A DNA stretch of 64,000 nt from an uncultured Spirochaetaceae bacterium (GTDB taxonomy: Bacteria; Spirochaetota; Spirochaetia; DSM-27196; CAZPXH01). The DNA lies in NCBI GenBank assembly GCA_964591085.1, contig CAZPXH010000003.1, forward strand, positions 158,426-222,425, given 5' to 3'. Of the stretch, positions 61,775 through 64,000 are shown piece by piece. The translations under genes were made by a program, and so were the position numbers. How positions within the stretch are numbered: the stretch's first letter is position 1; every line of letters starts with the position of its first letter. Under the pieces are notes generated by a model. That model saw only the letters and a program-made list of their open reading frames with translations, was not told where the DNA came from and searched no databases.

Positions 61775-62808
61775 GTGACGACACGCTCATCATTGAGAAT
61801 CTGCGCACCTGGTTTCCCCAGGGGCGGAGGCCCTCAGATGGACTGACGCCGATCAAGGCGGTCGATGGGCTAGACCTGCGGATCGGGCGGAATGAGACGG
61901 TCGCGCTTGTGGGCGAATCCGGAAGCGGCAAGAGCATGACCGGTCTGTCGATCATGGGGCTGGTCCCCTCGGGAGGGCGGATCGAGTCAGGCAGCATTCG
62001 CCTCGGCGGCCAGGAGCTGACGGAGCTGTCGGAGAGCGAAATGAGCCACATCCGAGGACGAAACGTCTCAATGGTGTTTCAGGAGCCAATGACATCCCTC
62101 AATCCGCTGATGACAATCGGCGAGCAGATCATGGAGATGACCCGCTACCATCTCGGCCATACACCCGCGCGAGCCCGGACTCGCGCGATAGAGCTGCTGG
62201 ACATGGTCGGATTCTCCAATCCGACGCGCTATCTTGGCGAGTATCCCCACCGCCTGTCCGGCGGAATGCGGCAACGGGTCATGATTGCCATTGCGATCGC
62301 CTGCGAACCGCAGCTACTCATCGCCGACGAACCGACAACGGCGCTTGACGTTACAATACAGGCGCAGATACTCCAGCTGCTGCAGGACCTCGCACAGCGC
62401 GTCTCAACGGCCATTCTTCTTATCACGCACGATCTGGCCGTTGTCTCTGAGGTTGCAGACCGTGTGGCCGTCATGTACGCCGGGCAGGCGGTGGAGACCG
62501 GCCAGGCCGGCGAGCTGTTCGACAATCCCCGGCACCCCTACACACGAGGGCTTGTTGGGTGCATTCCAACGATTGATGGCCCGGTGGATCGGCTGAATGC
62601 CATTCCAGGCAGCGTTCCACGCCCCGATTCACTTCCCACCGGTTGTCGATTTGCACCAAGGTGCCCACACGCCTTCGATCGCTGTCCCACCGCGATTCCT
62701 CCGTTCTATGCGATTGGCGGTAATCAAGCGGCGCGTTGCTTCCTGTACGACGAATCGACAGGGTCTGAACGGGCGCAGCAATCGACAGACCGGGAAGACT
62801 CACCATGA
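61771..62808 (+). CDS. ABC transporter ATP-binding protein (DppD/OppD-like)
   Basis: The GTG at 61771 forms a GTGA overlap with the permease stop. Walker A GESGSGKSMTG, signature LSGGMRQRVMIA, Walker B LLIADEPTTALD, C-terminal oligopeptide-type extension with CRFAPRCP. The track ORF from 61252 is an over-extension through the permease gene. Confidence 0.93.
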   Translation: MSDDTLIIENLRTWFPQGRRPSDGLTPIKAVDGLDLRIGRNETVALVGESGSGKSMTGLSIMGLVPSGGRIESGSIRLGGQELTELSESEMSHIRGRNVSMVFQEPMTSLNPLMTIGEQIMEMTRYHLGHTPARARTRAIELLDMVGFSNPTRYLGEYPHRLSGGMRQRVMIAIAIACEPQLLIADEPTTALDVTIQAQILQLLQDLAQRVSTAILLITHDLAVVSEVADRVAVMYAGQAVETGQAGELFDNPRHPYTRGLVGCIPTIDGPVDRLNAIPGSVPRPDSLPTGCRFAPRCPHAFDRCPTAIPPFYAIGGNQAARCFLYDESTGSERAQQSTDREDSP

Positions 62809-63803
62809 GCGAACCGCTACTGAGTGTGGAAAGCCTGTCGATGACCTTTCCCGTCAAGAGCGGACTCCTCCAACGGACCCGCGGCCATGTCTACGCGGTT
62901 TCACAGCTGAGCTTCAAACTGCCTCGGGGACGCACGATCGGGATCGTCGGGGAGTCGGGGAGCGGTAAATCCACCGTCGCAAAATGCGTTATCCGGCTCC
63001 ATGAGCCGACCGGAGGCACAATCCGGTTCGCCGGAACGGAAATCACACATACGCGCGAGTCCGAACTGCGAACGGAGGTTCGCTCAAGGATTCAGTTGAT
63101 CTTTCAGGACCCATACTCTTCGTTGAATCCCAGACAGAGCCTGTACTCCATCATCGAGGAGCCGCTGCGTGTTCATCAACGACTTCATGGGGCCGATCGA
63201 GTGGCGTGGATCGAGCATCTGATTGAGCGAGTTGGCCTTGACCCCTCACAGCGTGATCGGCTCCCCCATGAGTTCTCAGGCGGACAGCGACAGCGCATCG
63301 CCATCGCCCGAGCCCTCGCCCTGAAGCCCGAACTGATCATTGCAGACGAACCGGTCTCCGCACTCGACGTATCGGTTCAGGCGCAGATCGTCAACCTCCT
63401 TGAAGATCTTCAAAAGGAGTTTGGTCTCACTTACATCTTTATTTCACACGACCTGAGCGTCGTGCGTCACATATCCAACGACGTCCTGGTGATGTATCTC
63501 GGTCGGCCGATGGAACTCGCTCCACGGGACCTGCTCTTCGGTGGCTACCGTCATCCCTACACACAGGCGCTTCTGTCGGCAGTCCCGTCGGTCCGCAAGA
63601 GCAAGGCGCCGCAACGCACGCGTATTGTGCTCGGCGGCGACGTTCCTGACTCTTCCTCTCCACCGACCGGGTGCGTCTTTCACACGCGATGCCCCTACGC
63701 TCAGGAGCGCTGCCGGCGGGAGGTTCCCGTTGTACGGGAGATAGACTCCGGGCACCAGATTGCGTGCCACTTCCCACTACAGGATCGTGACCGCATCCCA
63801 TGA
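62805..63803 (+). CDS. ABC transporter ATP-binding protein (DppF/OppF-like)
   Basis: 332 aa. Walker A GESGSGKSTVA, signature FSGGQRQRIAIA, Walker B LIIADEPVSALD, C-terminal CVFHTRCP motif. Confidence 0.93.
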   Translation: MSEPLLSVESLSMTFPVKSGLLQRTRGHVYAVSQLSFKLPRGRTIGIVGESGSGKSTVAKCVIRLHEPTGGTIRFAGTEITHTRESELRTEVRSRIQLIFQDPYSSLNPRQSLYSIIEEPLRVHQRLHGADRVAWIEHLIERVGLDPSQRDRLPHEFSGGQRQRIAIARALALKPELIIADEPVSALDVSVQAQIVNLLEDLQKEFGLTYIFISHDLSVVRHISNDVLVMYLGRPMELAPRDLLFGGYRHPYTQALLSAVPSVRKSKAPQRTRIVLGGDVPDSSSPPTGCVFHTRCPYAQERCRREVPVVREIDSGHQIACHFPLQDRDRIP

Positions 63804-64000
63804 CCCAAGCACTTCCCACATTGTAGAAATACGGCAGCTTCCGCTCCGAACGAATCCGACTCAAGCCTTGCGTCCGGCCGGTTTTGCCGCGTTCACGTTT
63901 GCTATCGGTGGGCATCGATGCTTTGGCGATTCGGTCAGTGTTTCCGGAGGAAGGTCCGGGTGACAGGTTGGTGCAGTGCAAAAAAGGATGCGCAACGCGG

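Noticed and set aside
63804-64000. Lower-GC tail after the last ABC ATPase. The listed ORFs (63760-63963 +, 63439-63981 -) and short open frames enter from the right edge.
   Set aside because: The ORFs overlap the ATPase gene or are too short to classify, and no terminator or RNA gene was recognisable. Left unannotated.
1-64000. Scan for CRISPR arrays, rRNA/tRNA genes, IS elements, toxin-antitoxin or defence-island signatures.
   Set aside because: No spaced direct-repeat arrays, cloverleaf-like or rRNA-like segments, transposase or integrase-with-att features, or clusters of small unknown genes with deviant composition were seen. The window is core-genome-like throughout.

Overview
GC-rich, very gene-dense chromosomal segment with about 60 credible CDS. 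I recognised no rRNA, tRNA, CRISPR array, transposase or prophage. Gene content and order point to a free-living, high-GC member of Spirochaetota. This is an inference from the FlbB collar protein, the flgB-operon order, and the hslVU-dprA-TPR-ftsZ...murF-rsmH-mraZ synteny I recall from Borrelia and Treponema.

Layout:
- 1-8420 (-): flagellar export/rotor operon flgB-flgC-fliE-fliF-fliG-fliH-fliI-fliJ-flbB-(fliK partial).
- 8451-13965 (-): hslU, hslV, xerC, dprA, a TPR lipoprotein and xerD.
- 13952-22461 (-): a stripped-down dcw cluster (mraZ-rsmH-ftsL-murF-mraY-ftsW-ftsQ-ftsA-ftsZ), with a readable promoter and MraZ-box array.
- 22676-24960 (-): GH57 branching enzyme plus a DUF4912-like partner.
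- 25064-27860 (-): three uncharacterised proteins, coupled to each other and abutting recN.
- 27864-31955 (-): recN, nadK, a DegT-like protein and cheW.
- 31993-35914 (-): heme uptake operon hmuT-U-V-S.
- 36373-44346 (+): typA, then a pyrimidine operon in which seven activities sit in four polypeptides (PyrB-PyrI, PyrE-PyrF, PyrD-PyrK, PyrC).
- 44670-58204 (-): the most unusual block. It runs lipoprotein, DUF3450-like protein, large ExbB, ExbB, ExbD, TonB, TPR protein, a 1120-aa TonB-dependent receptor, then PstS-PstC-PstA with no PstB.
- 58443-63803 (+): Dpp/Opp-type ABC importer.

Many ORF-track entries are GC-driven shadow ORFs or over-extended N-termini. I adjusted starts by hand where a stop/start overlap, an RBS or family N-terminus conservation supported the change. 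All calls rest on by-eye motif recognition, and no searches were run.
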